A DNA stretch of 64,000 nt from an uncultured bacterium (lineage in GTDB: Bacteria; Hinthialibacterota; Hinthialibacteria; Hinthialibacterales; Hinthialibacteraceae): positions 3,883 to 67,882 of the forward strand of contig CAZKYC010000010.1 in the NCBI GenBank assembly GCA_964556895.1. Direction: 5' to 3'. The position numbers were made by a program, and so were the translations under genes. Under the pieces are notes generated by a model that saw nothing but the letters and a program-made list of their open reading frames with translations, made no database searches and had not been told where the DNA came from. Shown here one piece after another: positions 1 through 8,952 of this stretch. Positions within the stretch are counted from its first letter, which is position 1, and every line of letters begins with the position of its first letter.

Positions 1-7
1 CTCGCGC

Positions 8-3000
8 GTGTTCTCTAAAGCCAAAAACTTGGCGCGAACTCTGAAAAACAGCGACTATACTCAAGAAGAACTCAACTCATTCTTTTCGGCCACAGTTCCA
101 AAACAAACGGAGAGCCGCTCTCCATTTGAAGAAGACCAAGACCCCAAACAGGCCGAAGAACGCGCTGGCGCCGCTGAAGAAAAGTTCCAACCTGGTTCAC
201 AACAAGCGACTGACGATTTAGGCGATATTGAATCGCCCGAATTACAGGCGATTGACGACTATATCCCCGATGAGTTTGGCGACGCTGACGAAAGCGGCGC
301 TGAAGGACTGGAAGAGTTGCAGGAGTCAGGATTAGAGGACATGGACCTCGATCCTGAAATGATGGACGACCTTGAAGACGTCGACTTGACCGAAGAAGGC
401 TTTGATGACGATCTCGCCGGCCTGAGCGAAGAACTTGGCTTAGACGCGTCTGACCTTGAAGGCATGGCCGACGACGAAGACATTGAGATAGACGAAGCCG
501 CCGCCGAAGAGCTGGCTGAAGACCTAGAAGGCGAAACCGAAGACGTCCAACTTGATGACGAAGACCTTGAATTGCTCGATGATGAGGGAGGCGCCGAAGG
601 CGAAGAAGACGACGTCGATGAAGAGTATACACCAAACTTCCTAGAGCGGTTGCTGAGCCGCATTCACCTGTCTCCAAGCGAAACCTGGGCGCTCATTGGC
701 GGTTCATTCAGTTTAATGATCGTGGTGTTGGCGTGCGCGGTCGCCTGGTGGATGTGGTATAGCCCCAAAGCCCAAAATGACATCTATAAGCAAGCGCTTG
801 AACACCAACAAAACGCCGCGGATATCGCGACCGAGTTTGATTACCTATCTGCGAAACGCTGGAAAGAGCGCGCGGGCGAATTAGAAGCGGCGAAAGGAAA
901 ATTTGAAACCTACATTACAGAATTCCCCGAGACCCAACTGACGCCGGAGGCCTACTACAACTGGTGTGACATCACCTTCCAGTTGGCGAACCTGTATGAA
1001 GAGAACGCAGGCGAAAGCGAAACCGACCCAATCGCAAAAGAATCTGAAGAGGCGTTCAGGCAAACGACCCAGCGATACAACGCATATTTAGACTACCTTC
1101 AACAACTGGCCAACCGCGCCGTCGAACAAGGGGGAGACGTCTCCGACCAATACATTGACGTTGAGCGTCAAAAAGAGGCGCTATGGCGCATCGCTTTGGC
1201 CCAGCAAAAATTAAAACGGTATCAAGAAGCCATCGACCAACTCGACCAATTTGCCCAGCGCTTCAGCACTTCGCACGAATCAATTGAAGCGATCAAAAAG
1301 GTAGGCGATATTTATCAGGAATGGGCGAAAACCAATAAAGACGAAGAACTCAACATGCTCAATGAGGCGACCGAGCGTTACAAACGCGCGCTAGAACGCC
1401 TACAAGCCCTGCCGAACCCAGACCATCTCGCCATCTCGCAAATTCACGCCGAGCTGGGCGACATTCAACACCGCCTGTTTGAGCGAAGCGAAGAACAAGA
1501 AAAAGACGAACAAGCCGACGCGTTCTTGAGAGAATCAATCGGCCATTATGAATCGGCCGAAAATGAGGCCCGGTTAGTTGAAAACTTGTCAAACGCCCAG
1601 CGCAACGAGATCTTTAAGCCGCTCGCCGATATGTATCTTATGCGCGGGCGGGCGGCGGGCGAATTATGGAACCGGAATGAAGAAGGAGCGAAATCGTTCC
1701 CTGAGGGAATCACCTACCGCCAGACCCTGCTAGACGAAGCAAAACGGCAACGTGAATTGACCCAAAACTTTTTGAGCAAGGCGAACACGCTCTACGACGA
1801 GATGATTACCACGGATGATAAAGCGCTGAAAGAAGACATTATCTACAACAAGACCGAAGCGCTGTTTATCATGAGACGGTATCCTGAAGCAATGGCGGCG
1901 GGCCAAATTCTCTTAGACGGGTCTGGCGGCGAGGACGGCGCTACCACCTTATCAGAAGAGGTTGACGCCAAACTACATTACTTATTAGGCCATATCGCTT
2001 GGGAAATGGCCAAGCAAGACAAAGACTACACCAACGTCAAAAAATATTATCGCGAAGCCCTTCAAAAAGACGCGTTCTTCCCCAAAGATCGCCAGGGTGA
2101 AATTAGCCATCTGGCCACTCTTCGTTTAAACAATGCGTTCTTCCTGGTCGATAAAGAATATGAAGAAGCGCTGAAGCGCTTTACCCAGGCGAGAGACAAC
2201 TATCCTGACACTGATTATACCTTTCTGACCTTGTATTGGATGGGCAAAGCCCAAGATGAATACGGCGAACACTTGACCAAACAAGCCGATGACTTGGTCG
2301 CCAGTTCTCAGGCGCAGTCTGAACGGGTCGAAGCGCAGGATCTGCGCGATAAATCCCAAAAACAATTCAAAGACGCTGTGTTGACCTATGACCGCGCCAT
2401 CAAAGCGCGCGACCTGTCAAAGTATATTGATGTTCAAAACAAGAGTTACCTGATTGAGATCATGTTTAACCGCGGCCATAGCGCCTATTTCGCCGGCGAC
2501 TATCGTGACGCCGAACAGTATTTACTCGAAGCGCTCAACAATCACAAAAACGAGCCCGCCGCTAAAAACCATGTCCCTGAAACGATTGAGCGGCTTGGCG
2601 ATATCAACGCGCTGCTGGCCAATTATGACAAAGCCATTGATTACTATCGCGACTATTTGGGCGAAGCCTCCTATCCCGACCCCAACGCCCGGGTCAAGAT
2701 GAAACTGGCCGACGCCTACTTGCGCCATTTTTCGCCTGACCGCGCCCGCGAATGGTATACCCGTATCGTCAGAGATTATGGGACGCCAAAGGACGCCAAG
2801 GGGCCAGGCTTTGAAGCGTTGAAAAAAATTGCGCGCTCTCACATTCAAGAAGCGGCGCTGAAATATGACGAAGAGAGTGAAGACGAGTTAAATAACGCCC
2901 TCGCGGCCTTCGACGAGTTGGCAAGGCGCTATCCATTGGCTGATAAGCCAAAACTGCCTGATGACGCCGAATCGCTGCATGCCATCGGCAATATCCATTA

Positions 3001-3439
3001 CCGGCTGAGGAACTACCCCGAAAGCATCAGCGCCTACAAGGCCTACCTGCAACACTCGAACGCCCCGCAGCGGGCGGGCATGATCCATTACCGAATTGGC
3101 CAGGCCTATCTTGATATGAACCAGCCTGCGCAAGCGGTGAACGAATTTGGCAATATCACCGAGCGTTCGATGGACAACCTGACCCAATACGCAGACGCGC
3201 TGATCTTGACTGGCGAGGCCTATGAAGAACAAGCCAATCAATACCAACAATCCGGCGATGACAGTATGTATGAGATGTACCTCAGAAAAGCCGAAGAAGC
3301 CTATAACCGGGTCAAGATAACAGGCTCCGCCGACCGAATCGCTGAGGCGGACACAAAAATTAAACTAATCACGTCGATTTTGGCGCGATTGCGTGAGCAG
3401 CGCGAACTGGCCCGCAGCCAACAACAACGGGGCGGTTAG
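8..3439 (+). CDS. Large membrane-anchored tetratricopeptide-repeat protein with a poly-acidic N-terminal region
   Basis: 1143-aa ORF. Residues about 60-210 are almost entirely D/E (DDLEDVDLTEEGFDDD...). One hydrophobic helix follows (WALIGGSFSLMIVVLACAVAWWMWY). After it come about 900 aa with repeated TPR-like A/Y/L patterns (ALxxxAxxYxxxGxYxxAxxxY). The N-terminus may be truncated by the window edge (ORF opens at base 8). Confidence 0.6.
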   Translation: MFSKAKNLARTLKNSDYTQEELNSFFSATVPKQTESRSPFEEDQDPKQAEERAGAAEEKFQPGSQQATDDLGDIESPELQAIDDYIPDEFGDADESGAEGLEELQESGLEDMDLDPEMMDDLEDVDLTEEGFDDDLAGLSEELGLDASDLEGMADDEDIEIDEAAAEELAEDLEGETEDVQLDDEDLELLDDEGGAEGEEDDVDEEYTPNFLERLLSRIHLSPSETWALIGGSFSLMIVVLACAVAWWMWYSPKAQNDIYKQALEHQQNAADIATEFDYLSAKRWKERAGELEAAKGKFETYITEFPETQLTPEAYYNWCDITFQLANLYEENAGESETDPIAKESEEAFRQTTQRYNAYLDYLQQLANRAVEQGGDVSDQYIDVERQKEALWRIALAQQKLKRYQEAIDQLDQFAQRFSTSHESIEAIKKVGDIYQEWAKTNKDEELNMLNEATERYKRALERLQALPNPDHLAISQIHAELGDIQHRLFERSEEQEKDEQADAFLRESIGHYESAENEARLVENLSNAQRNEIFKPLADMYLMRGRAAGELWNRNEEGAKSFPEGITYRQTLLDEAKRQRELTQNFLSKANTLYDEMITTDDKALKEDIIYNKTEALFIMRRYPEAMAAGQILLDGSGGEDGATTLSEEVDAKLHYLLGHIAWEMAKQDKDYTNVKKYYREALQKDAFFPKDRQGEISHLATLRLNNAFFLVDKEYEEALKRFTQARDNYPDTDYTFLTLYWMGKAQDEYGEHLTKQADDLVASSQAQSERVEAQDLRDKSQKQFKDAVLTYDRAIKARDLSKYIDVQNKSYLIEIMFNRGHSAYFAGDYRDAEQYLLEALNNHKNEPAAKNHVPETIERLGDINALLANYDKAIDYYRDYLGEASYPDPNARVKMKLADAYLRHFSPDRAREWYTRIVRDYGTPKDAKGPGFEALKKIARSHIQEAALKYDEESEDELNNALAAFDELARRYPLADKPKLPDDAESLHAIGNIHYRLRNYPESISAYKAYLQHSNAPQRAGMIHYRIGQAYLDMNQPAQAVNEFGNITERSMDNLTQYADALILTGEAYEEQANQYQQSGDDSMYEMYLRKAEEAYNRVKITGSADRIAEADTKIKLITSILARLREQRELARSQQQRGG

Positions 3440-3529
3440 TGAGGCAAGAGTTGCCGTTTGGCTTGATTTGCCAAACAAGACGGAATCATAAATGACTAAG
3501 AAATATAGAATTAGAACGACAAAGAAAAT

Positions 3530-3545
3530 TGGAAAGGTTATTGCT
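3530..3545 (+). promoter_or_regulatory. Candidate sigma54 (RpoN) -24/-12 promoter element upstream of flgB
   Basis: TTGGAAAGGTTATTGCT has GG at 3531-3532 and GC at 3543-3544 with the canonical 10-nt spacing of TGGCAC-N5-TTGC. It sits about 40 nt upstream of the flgB ATG, and an AAGAGGA RBS lies at 3571-3577. Flagellar class II operons are often sigma54-dependent. Confidence 0.3.
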
Positions 3546-3584
3546 AAGACAGAATATACTATATGTTTTAAGAGGATTTGACCA

Positions 3585-4010
3585 ATGCTGATATCTCGTA
3601 TGTTTAACAATACGACGCTGCATGTTCTAAAAAAGGGAATTGAGGGCGCCCAAAAACGTCACGAGGCGATCTCCAATAACATCGCCAACGTCGACACGCC
3701 AAAATATCAACGGGCGACGGTCGATTTTGAAAAGCAGCTCAAGCGCGTGTTGAAAAGCACCGACGTTAGTGGAAGGCGAACTCACCCCTCCCATTTCATC
3801 ATCGGAGGGCCTGAAGAAATTCCATTGGTGCGGCCCCGGGTCGACATCGACAATATGACCCGGTTTCGCCCTGACAAAAATAACGTGAACATCGATCAGG
3901 AAATGGCTGATCTGGCCGAAAACACTCAGCGCAGCGATCAATTCAGCGAATTAATTCGCCGACGTTATCAAGGCCTGAGCCGCGTGTTGCAACAAGCCGA
4001 CGTTCGATAG
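3585..4010 (+). CDS. flgB: Flagellar basal-body rod protein FlgB
   Basis: FlgB signature ISNNIANVDTPKYQRATVDF near the N-terminus. Size of 141 aa and its position as first gene of a flgB-flgC-fliE block agree. Confidence 0.9.
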   Translation: MLISRMFNNTTLHVLKKGIEGAQKRHEAISNNIANVDTPKYQRATVDFEKQLKRVLKSTDVSGRRTHPSHFIIGGPEEIPLVRPRVDIDNMTRFRPDKNNVNIDQEMADLAENTQRSDQFSELIRRRYQGLSRVLQQADVR

Positions 4011-4033
4011 AGCGTAACCGCCAGGAGACAAAA

Positions 4034-4477
4034 ATGAGTTATCACATTAACGCGTCTGGAATGACCGCCCAACGAATTCGTATGGACGTCATTTCAAATA
4101 ATCTCGCCAACGCAAATACCATGGTCACGGCTGAAGGCTCTCCCTATCGCCGCCGTGAAGTGATCTTTGAGGCGCCGGGGCGCAAGTTTTCTGAATCGCT
4201 GTCGACCGCCCGCCGCCGCTTGAACCGAATTATCGGCGTGGGCGTTAAAGTTCAACGCATCACCGAAGACCGCAGCGAACAGGCGTTTGTTAAGATTTAT
4301 GACCCGGGCCATCCGTTCGCTGACCCGAACGGCATCGTGTTGCGGCCCAATATCAACGTTACCAAAGAGATGGTCAATATTATTGATGCGTCGCGGGCCT
4401 ATGAAGCCAACGTCACATCGTTTAACGCCTATAAACAAATGCAGACGCGCGCGTTGCGCATTGGCGGCGGTCAATAA
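4034..4477 (+). CDS. flgC: Flagellar basal-body rod protein FlgC
   Basis: SGMTAQRIRMDVISNNLANANT rod-protein N-terminal motif and a conserved C-terminal NVxxxxEMVNIIDASRAYEAN. 147 aa. Confidence 0.9.
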   Translation: MSYHINASGMTAQRIRMDVISNNLANANTMVTAEGSPYRRREVIFEAPGRKFSESLSTARRRLNRIIGVGVKVQRITEDRSEQAFVKIYDPGHPFADPNGIVLRPNINVTKEMVNIIDASRAYEANVTSFNAYKQMQTRALRIGGGQ

Positions 4478-4506
4478 TCGCCGAGTAATGCGCTGAGGAC
4501 AGACAG

Positions 4507-4812
4507 ATGAACGATTCGCCAATCCGCATCCCACCGCAGGTCACGGGCATTGATCCGGCTCCCGCGGCCAAACCATCGGCCCCCAAGCCAACCGACGGCG
4601 CCTTTGAGGGCAAACTGATGGAAGCGATGGGCAAAGTCAGCCAGGACGTGGATAAAATCGCGTCGTCAACGCCAGCCAACGTCGATGACATTCAGTCAGC
4701 GATGAATGCGGCCAAAGACGCCTTCAGCGATACAATGAACATGCACCAGATGATGCAGTCTTTGATCAATGAAGAGACCAAGACCGACGATGAAGGGAAA
4801 GCGAACGGGTGA
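4507..4812 (+). CDS. Hypothetical small flagellar-operon protein, possibly a divergent FliE-like paralog
   Basis: 101-aa ORF translationally coupled to fliE through a GTGA overlap at 4809-4812. Residues AFEGKLMEAMGKVSQDVDKIA...DDIQSAMNAAKDAFSDTMNMHQMMQ loosely follow the FliE pattern SFxxxLxxAxxxVxxxQ...HEVMIAxxKAxxSFQ. No strong motif. Confidence 0.4.
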   Translation: MNDSPIRIPPQVTGIDPAPAAKPSAPKPTDGAFEGKLMEAMGKVSQDVDKIASSTPANVDDIQSAMNAAKDAFSDTMNMHQMMQSLINEETKTDDEGKANG

Positions 4813-5132
4813 GCAGCCAGTTCGACCAGATGCCGGTGGGGCCAGTCGGCCCGACGCCGCGCACGGAAGCAATGGGCGGAACCAAGGGGCCTGTCGAACC
4901 AAAGGCCCCGGGCGGCTCGTTTGTCGACCTGTTGGCAAATTCGGTAAACGAAGTGAACAACATGCAGCATGGCGCTGCAGATAAAGTACAAAAGTTAGTC
5001 ACGGGCGAGATCAGCAACGTCCATGAAGTCATGATCTCGGTTGAAGAAGCAGGCATCGCGTTTAACTTGATGATGCAGATCCGTCGACAGTTGCTTCGCG
5101 CATGGAGCGAATTGAAACGGACGCCGATTTAG
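4809..5132 (+). CDS. fliE: Flagellar hook-basal body complex protein FliE
   Basis: GTG start. GSFVDLLANSVNEVNNMQ...VHEVMISVEEAGIAFNLMMQIRRQLLRAWSEL matches the FliE family consensus. 107 aa, located between flgC and fliF. Confidence 0.8.
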   Translation: MSSQFDQMPVGPVGPTPRTEAMGGTKGPVEPKAPGGSFVDLLANSVNEVNNMQHGAADKVQKLVTGEISNVHEVMISVEEAGIAFNLMMQIRRQLLRAWSELKRTPI

Positions 5133-5358
5133 CATTGAATCAAAATACGTTTCGCGGGACAATAGCGTGGAACGGTTTTCTTTTTTATTTTGATCGCGCA
5201 TTGGCGCGGTTATCGGGTTTGAGGGACACACCCTAGTCAGCATCCAGCCGAATTGGCTGGACGCGGCGCTATTTGCATACCCTCCTTCCCAAAACATCGA
5301 TAGAGACACTGTTGCGCTTGTATTGACCGATTTTCGCGCAGCGCCCAAGGAGAGAGGG

Positions 5359-5973
5359 ATGACTGTAAACCCCAAAGCAGGAATCTGGTTGATACCAGCC
5401 GCTACATGGTTGATTTTGTGTGCGGTGTTATATCCTTCCACCGGGTTGCTTCAGCCATTGCTGTTCACGCCTGACGCTGTTCATGCCCAGAAAGTGCGCG
5501 CCTACTTAGAAGAAGAACAGATTCCCTATTTGATTCAAGGCGCATACAACATTCTGGTCGGTTCGAAGATTCATGAGCGAACCGCGGGCGCGCTGGCCCA
5601 ACGCGGCCTTTTGGGCCTAAACAAAGGCGCGCGGCTGTTTGGTCTAGCGAACCATCCACTTGAAGTGTCTCTCTCAGATGCGTTACAAAAATCCTCGCCC
5701 AAGATTGACCAGGCGTTGGTTGCGTTCGCGCCGAATGTTCAATCTCTTTCAACCGATGTCAGCGCTCACGCGTATATTCGTGTCGTAACCAACCGGCCGC
5801 TGAAAGCATTTGAGGTTGAACGGCTCCATCAGTTGACGTCTAGTTTTGCGCCGTCGCTTGCTGAACACCAAATCACGGTTCGGGCGGTATTGGCCCAATC
5901 GCTACATTCATCTGACAGACAAAATGGTTTACTCACATTGGCTGATGACGCGCAACTTGGAGATGCGCAATGA
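5359..5973 (+). CDS. Membrane protein with a FliF/SctJ-like ring-building-motif N-terminal domain (putative)
   Basis: ATG at 5359 has a strong AGGAGAGAGGG RBS; the ORF track start at 5323 is a less likely start. It has an N-terminal TM helix. Residues VRAYLEEEQIPYLIQGAYNILVGSKIHERTAGALAQRGLLG resemble the FliF/YscJ motif IVAQLTQMNIPYRFANGSGAIEVPADKVHELRLRLAQQGLP. It lies directly upstream of the genuine fliF. Confidence 0.35.
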   Translation: MTVNPKAGIWLIPAATWLILCAVLYPSTGLLQPLLFTPDAVHAQKVRAYLEEEQIPYLIQGAYNILVGSKIHERTAGALAQRGLLGLNKGARLFGLANHPLEVSLSDALQKSSPKIDQALVAFAPNVQSLSTDVSAHAYIRVVTNRPLKAFEVERLHQLTSSFAPSLAEHQITVRAVLAQSLHSSDRQNGLLTLADDAQLGDAQ

Positions 5974-6188
5974 ACCCTTCGGCTGAAACCATAAAACGCA
6001 GGCGCCAGTTTTTTGGCATTATCGTAATTGGCTTGTTGTTGATTGGAGTGAATTCGCTGGCGTTTTCGCTGATGCACAGCAGCCAAAGCGATGAAGCAAA
6101 CCTTCATCATGAAGTGATGGACAGCTCTACCCACGTTCATCTTCAGCAGGGCAAGTCGAGTGATGCGTTTCCGAATATGGACCAATAG
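5970..6188 (+). CDS. Small single-pass membrane protein (hypothetical)
   Basis: 72 aa, ATGA overlap with the preceding ORF, one TM helix (FFGIIVIGLLLIGVNSLAFSL). No recognisable motif; embedded between the fliE and fliF regions. Confidence 0.3.
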   Translation: MNPSAETIKRRRQFFGIIVIGLLLIGVNSLAFSLMHSSQSDEANLHHEVMDSSTHVHLQQGKSSDAFPNMDQ

Positions 6189-6216
6189 GGCGTAGAGGAG
6201 AAACGGGAGAAGCGTC

Positions 6217-7818
6217 ATGCAGGATTTTATCCAACAGTTACAAGACCAACTGACCCGGCTATGGGAGCAGATTTCGCTGCAACAGAAGATTCTGTTTGTC
6301 GCCATCCCTGTGTTGTTGCTCGCGACGATGGGCGTGGCGGTCTATTACGTCAGCCAACCTCAATACGTCCAGCTGCTTCAAACCAACGACTCCGCCCAAC
6401 TGGCGGAAATTACAACATACCTCGACGCCCAAAACATAGGCTACACCATCGGCGCTGACGGCCAGAGTATTCTAGTTGACGAGGAGATCAAGAATATCAC
6501 CGCGATTGGCCTCGCGGGCCAAGGGCTGATTGGCTATGACGCCGGGCCCGGATTTGAATTGTTCGACCAGGTGCAGCTGGGAATGACCGACCGTATGTTT
6601 GACGCCCAATACCGCCGCGTCCTTCAAAACACGTTGGCGAAAGCAATTGCAGAAGGCGGGCGCATCGATTCGGTCAAAGTCAATATCAACCCGGGCCGAA
6701 CGGCGTTGTTCAAAAGCGATAAGGTCGCGCCCAGCGCGTCCGTCAAAATTATCTCGCGAAGCGAGATCGACTCGCAACAAGTCAAAGGCATCCAAAATTT
6801 TATCGCCGCCGCGGTCACCGGGCTTCAACCGGGCCAAGTTGTTGTAACGGACAAAAACAACCGCACGCTTAGCGAAGACAACAATGTTGAACCCGGAGTC
6901 AAAGAGGCCAGCCGCCAGCTTCAAGTTCAAATGGCTGTTGAAAATGAAGTGCGGCAAAAACTCACTCAGCGGTTGGAAAAGATCGTCGGGCCCGATAATT
7001 ATGACATCTCGGTGACGGCGTTTTTAGATTGGGAAAAACAAAGTTCGCAAGAAATATTGATTGATGCTGAAACCCAAGCCGCAATCAGCGAAAAATCGTA
7101 TAACGAAGAGTCAAAAACGAAGGGCATCTCAGGCCCTCCCGGCGTAGGGTCTAACGTTCAAGACGAAGGCATCGGCGCGGAATCGGAAGAAACAGGGACG
7201 ACCATCGAAGAGACCATTACCAATTACAATTATCCCTGGTCAAAGGTGATCAAAGAAAAATCGCAGGGCAAGATTCAAGAACTCTACGTCTCAATCACGG
7301 TCGACTATATCGAAGATGAAAACGGCGAGATGGTTCCGCGCGATCCGGCGTTGATGACCAATTGGGAACAATCACTGCGCGCGGCGGCGGGTCTCGGCCC
7401 CAGCCCGTTGCCTGGCGAGCCAATCACGTTTGTTCTCAACGATTCGCCGTTTGACCGCTCGATGGAGCAGATGCAGGCGCGCGAAGAATTCTGGCAGATG
7501 TTGGGCAACATCTTCCGCACGTTGTTGCCGCTTGTATTACTGCTCGCGGTCGGCTATCTGGCCTACTTGTTCTTCCAGCGCGCGTTTGCTCCGCCCGAGG
7601 TCGAACAAGATGAACTCGAAGAAGAGGTGCCCATCGAGCCGGTCACCGAGACGCGCGAGCTCAGCCTTCAGCAGCTGGGCCTGGCCGAGTTTGGCGACAT
7701 CGCCAACCTGCCGGCGGAAGAACAACGGCGCATCAAGATGCAAGAACACGTCATCAATTACGCCGCCGAAAAGCCCGAAGAAGTGGCGGCGATTATCAAG
7801 GCGTGGCTCAACAGTTAA
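6217..7818 (+). CDS. fliF: Flagellar M-ring protein FliF
   Basis: 533 aa with an N-terminal TM helix and the FliF periplasmic ring-building region (LAEITTYLDAQNIGYTIGADGQSILVDEEIKNITAIGLAGQGLIGY...SVKVNINPGRTALFKSDKVAPSASVKI). A C-terminal TM helix and a FliG-binding tail are present. Confidence 0.9.
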   Translation: MQDFIQQLQDQLTRLWEQISLQQKILFVAIPVLLLATMGVAVYYVSQPQYVQLLQTNDSAQLAEITTYLDAQNIGYTIGADGQSILVDEEIKNITAIGLAGQGLIGYDAGPGFELFDQVQLGMTDRMFDAQYRRVLQNTLAKAIAEGGRIDSVKVNINPGRTALFKSDKVAPSASVKIISRSEIDSQQVKGIQNFIAAAVTGLQPGQVVVTDKNNRTLSEDNNVEPGVKEASRQLQVQMAVENEVRQKLTQRLEKIVGPDNYDISVTAFLDWEKQSSQEILIDAETQAAISEKSYNEESKTKGISGPPGVGSNVQDEGIGAESEETGTTIEETITNYNYPWSKVIKEKSQGKIQELYVSITVDYIEDENGEMVPRDPALMTNWEQSLRAAAGLGPSPLPGEPITFVLNDSPFDRSMEQMQAREEFWQMLGNIFRTLLPLVLLLAVGYLAYLFFQRAFAPPEVEQDELEEEVPIEPVTETRELSLQQLGLAEFGDIANLPAEEQRRIKMQEHVINYAAEKPEEVAAIIKAWLNS

Positions 7819-7882
7819 TCAGCGGGGCGCGGTTGCGCCCCGTTTGTTGTTGGTTTCATTTCAGGGTTAAGGGAGCAAGACC

Positions 7883-8899
7883 GTGCCTCCAAGAGATTCG
7901 GGAACATTAACTGGCCGTAAGAAAGCCGCCATTCTCATGCTGTCGCTGGGGCCTGAGATCGCCGCGGACGTGTATCGAAGCCTGACTGACTCAGACATTG
8001 AGCAAATCACGCTTGAAATCGCCAACTTGATGAACGTCACGGGCGACCAAAAGTCGCTGGTGATCGAAGAGTTTTATCACACCGCGATGGCCAAACAATA
8101 CATGAGCCACGGCGGCGTTCACACGGCGAAAGAGATTCTCGAAAAGGCGCTGGGGCCGGGCAAGACCATGGAGATTCTCGAGCGGCTTCAGGGCGTAATC
8201 GCCGGGCGCCCGTTTGATTTTCTCAAGCATGTCAATGCGACGGAGCTGATCAATTTTGTGCGCAACGAACACCCCCAGACGATTGCGTTGATTCTCGCCC
8301 ATTTGACCAACGAACAGGCGGCGTTGATTTTGTCTGAACTGCCCGCTGAAACCCAAAAAGAGGTAGCGGTCCGCATCGCCGGTATGGAACATACCAGCCC
8401 TGAAATCATTACTGACGTGGAGCGCATCCTCGAAAAGAAACTGTCGAACATCTTGTCGAGCGACTTTCGTGAGGCGGGCGGCGTTGACGCGCTGGCTGAT
8501 ATGCTCAACCAGGTTGACGCCAGCTCGGGCAAGAAGATTCTCGAATCGATCCAAGAACAAGACGTCGAACTGGCCGCCGAAGTCAAAAAACGCATGTTCA
8601 CCTTTGACGATCTCGTCATGCTCGACGACCGCTCCATGCAACGGGTGTTAAGTTCAATTGATATGAAAGAGTTGGCCGCTGCGCTCAAAGGCGCCGGCGA
8701 CGACGTCAAGAAGCAGGTGTTCAGCAACCTATCGGCGCGCGCGGCGGGCATCCTGCAGGAAGACATCGACCTGATGGGGCCGGTGCGGGTCCAACAGGTT
8801 GAAGAGTCGCAGCAGCGCATTGTGGGCATCCTTCGCAGCCTGGAAGAAAACGGCGAGATTTTGATCCAACGGCCTGGGCAAGATGAAATGGTGAATTAA
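7883..8899 (+). CDS. fliG: Flagellar motor switch protein FliG
   Basis: GTG start after AAGGGAGCAAG. N-terminal KAAILMLSLGPEIAADVYRSL and C-terminal MFTFDDLVMLDDRSMQRVLSSIDMKELAAALKGAGDDVKKQVFSNLSARAAGILQEDIDLMGPVRVQQVEESQQRIV are canonical FliG. Confidence 0.9.
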   Translation: MPPRDSGTLTGRKKAAILMLSLGPEIAADVYRSLTDSDIEQITLEIANLMNVTGDQKSLVIEEFYHTAMAKQYMSHGGVHTAKEILEKALGPGKTMEILERLQGVIAGRPFDFLKHVNATELINFVRNEHPQTIALILAHLTNEQAALILSELPAETQKEVAVRIAGMEHTSPEIITDVERILEKKLSNILSSDFREAGGVDALADMLNQVDASSGKKILESIQEQDVELAAEVKKRMFTFDDLVMLDDRSMQRVLSSIDMKELAAALKGAGDDVKKQVFSNLSARAAGILQEDIDLMGPVRVQQVEESQQRIVGILRSLEENGEILIQRPGQDEMVN

Positions 8900-8952
8900 T
8901 TTCACCCAAATATCCGGTACAATTGAGTTAGACCGTTTAGAAAGAGAAACCA

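Noticed and set aside
72-677. Minus-strand ORFs (201 aa and 134 aa, Ser/Arg/Leu-rich) antisense to the acidic N-terminal region of the first gene
   Set aside because: Low-complexity translation of the antisense of a GA/GAC/GAA-rich coding tract. The plus-strand ORF is continuous for 1143 aa with clear TPR signal, so these are frame artefacts.
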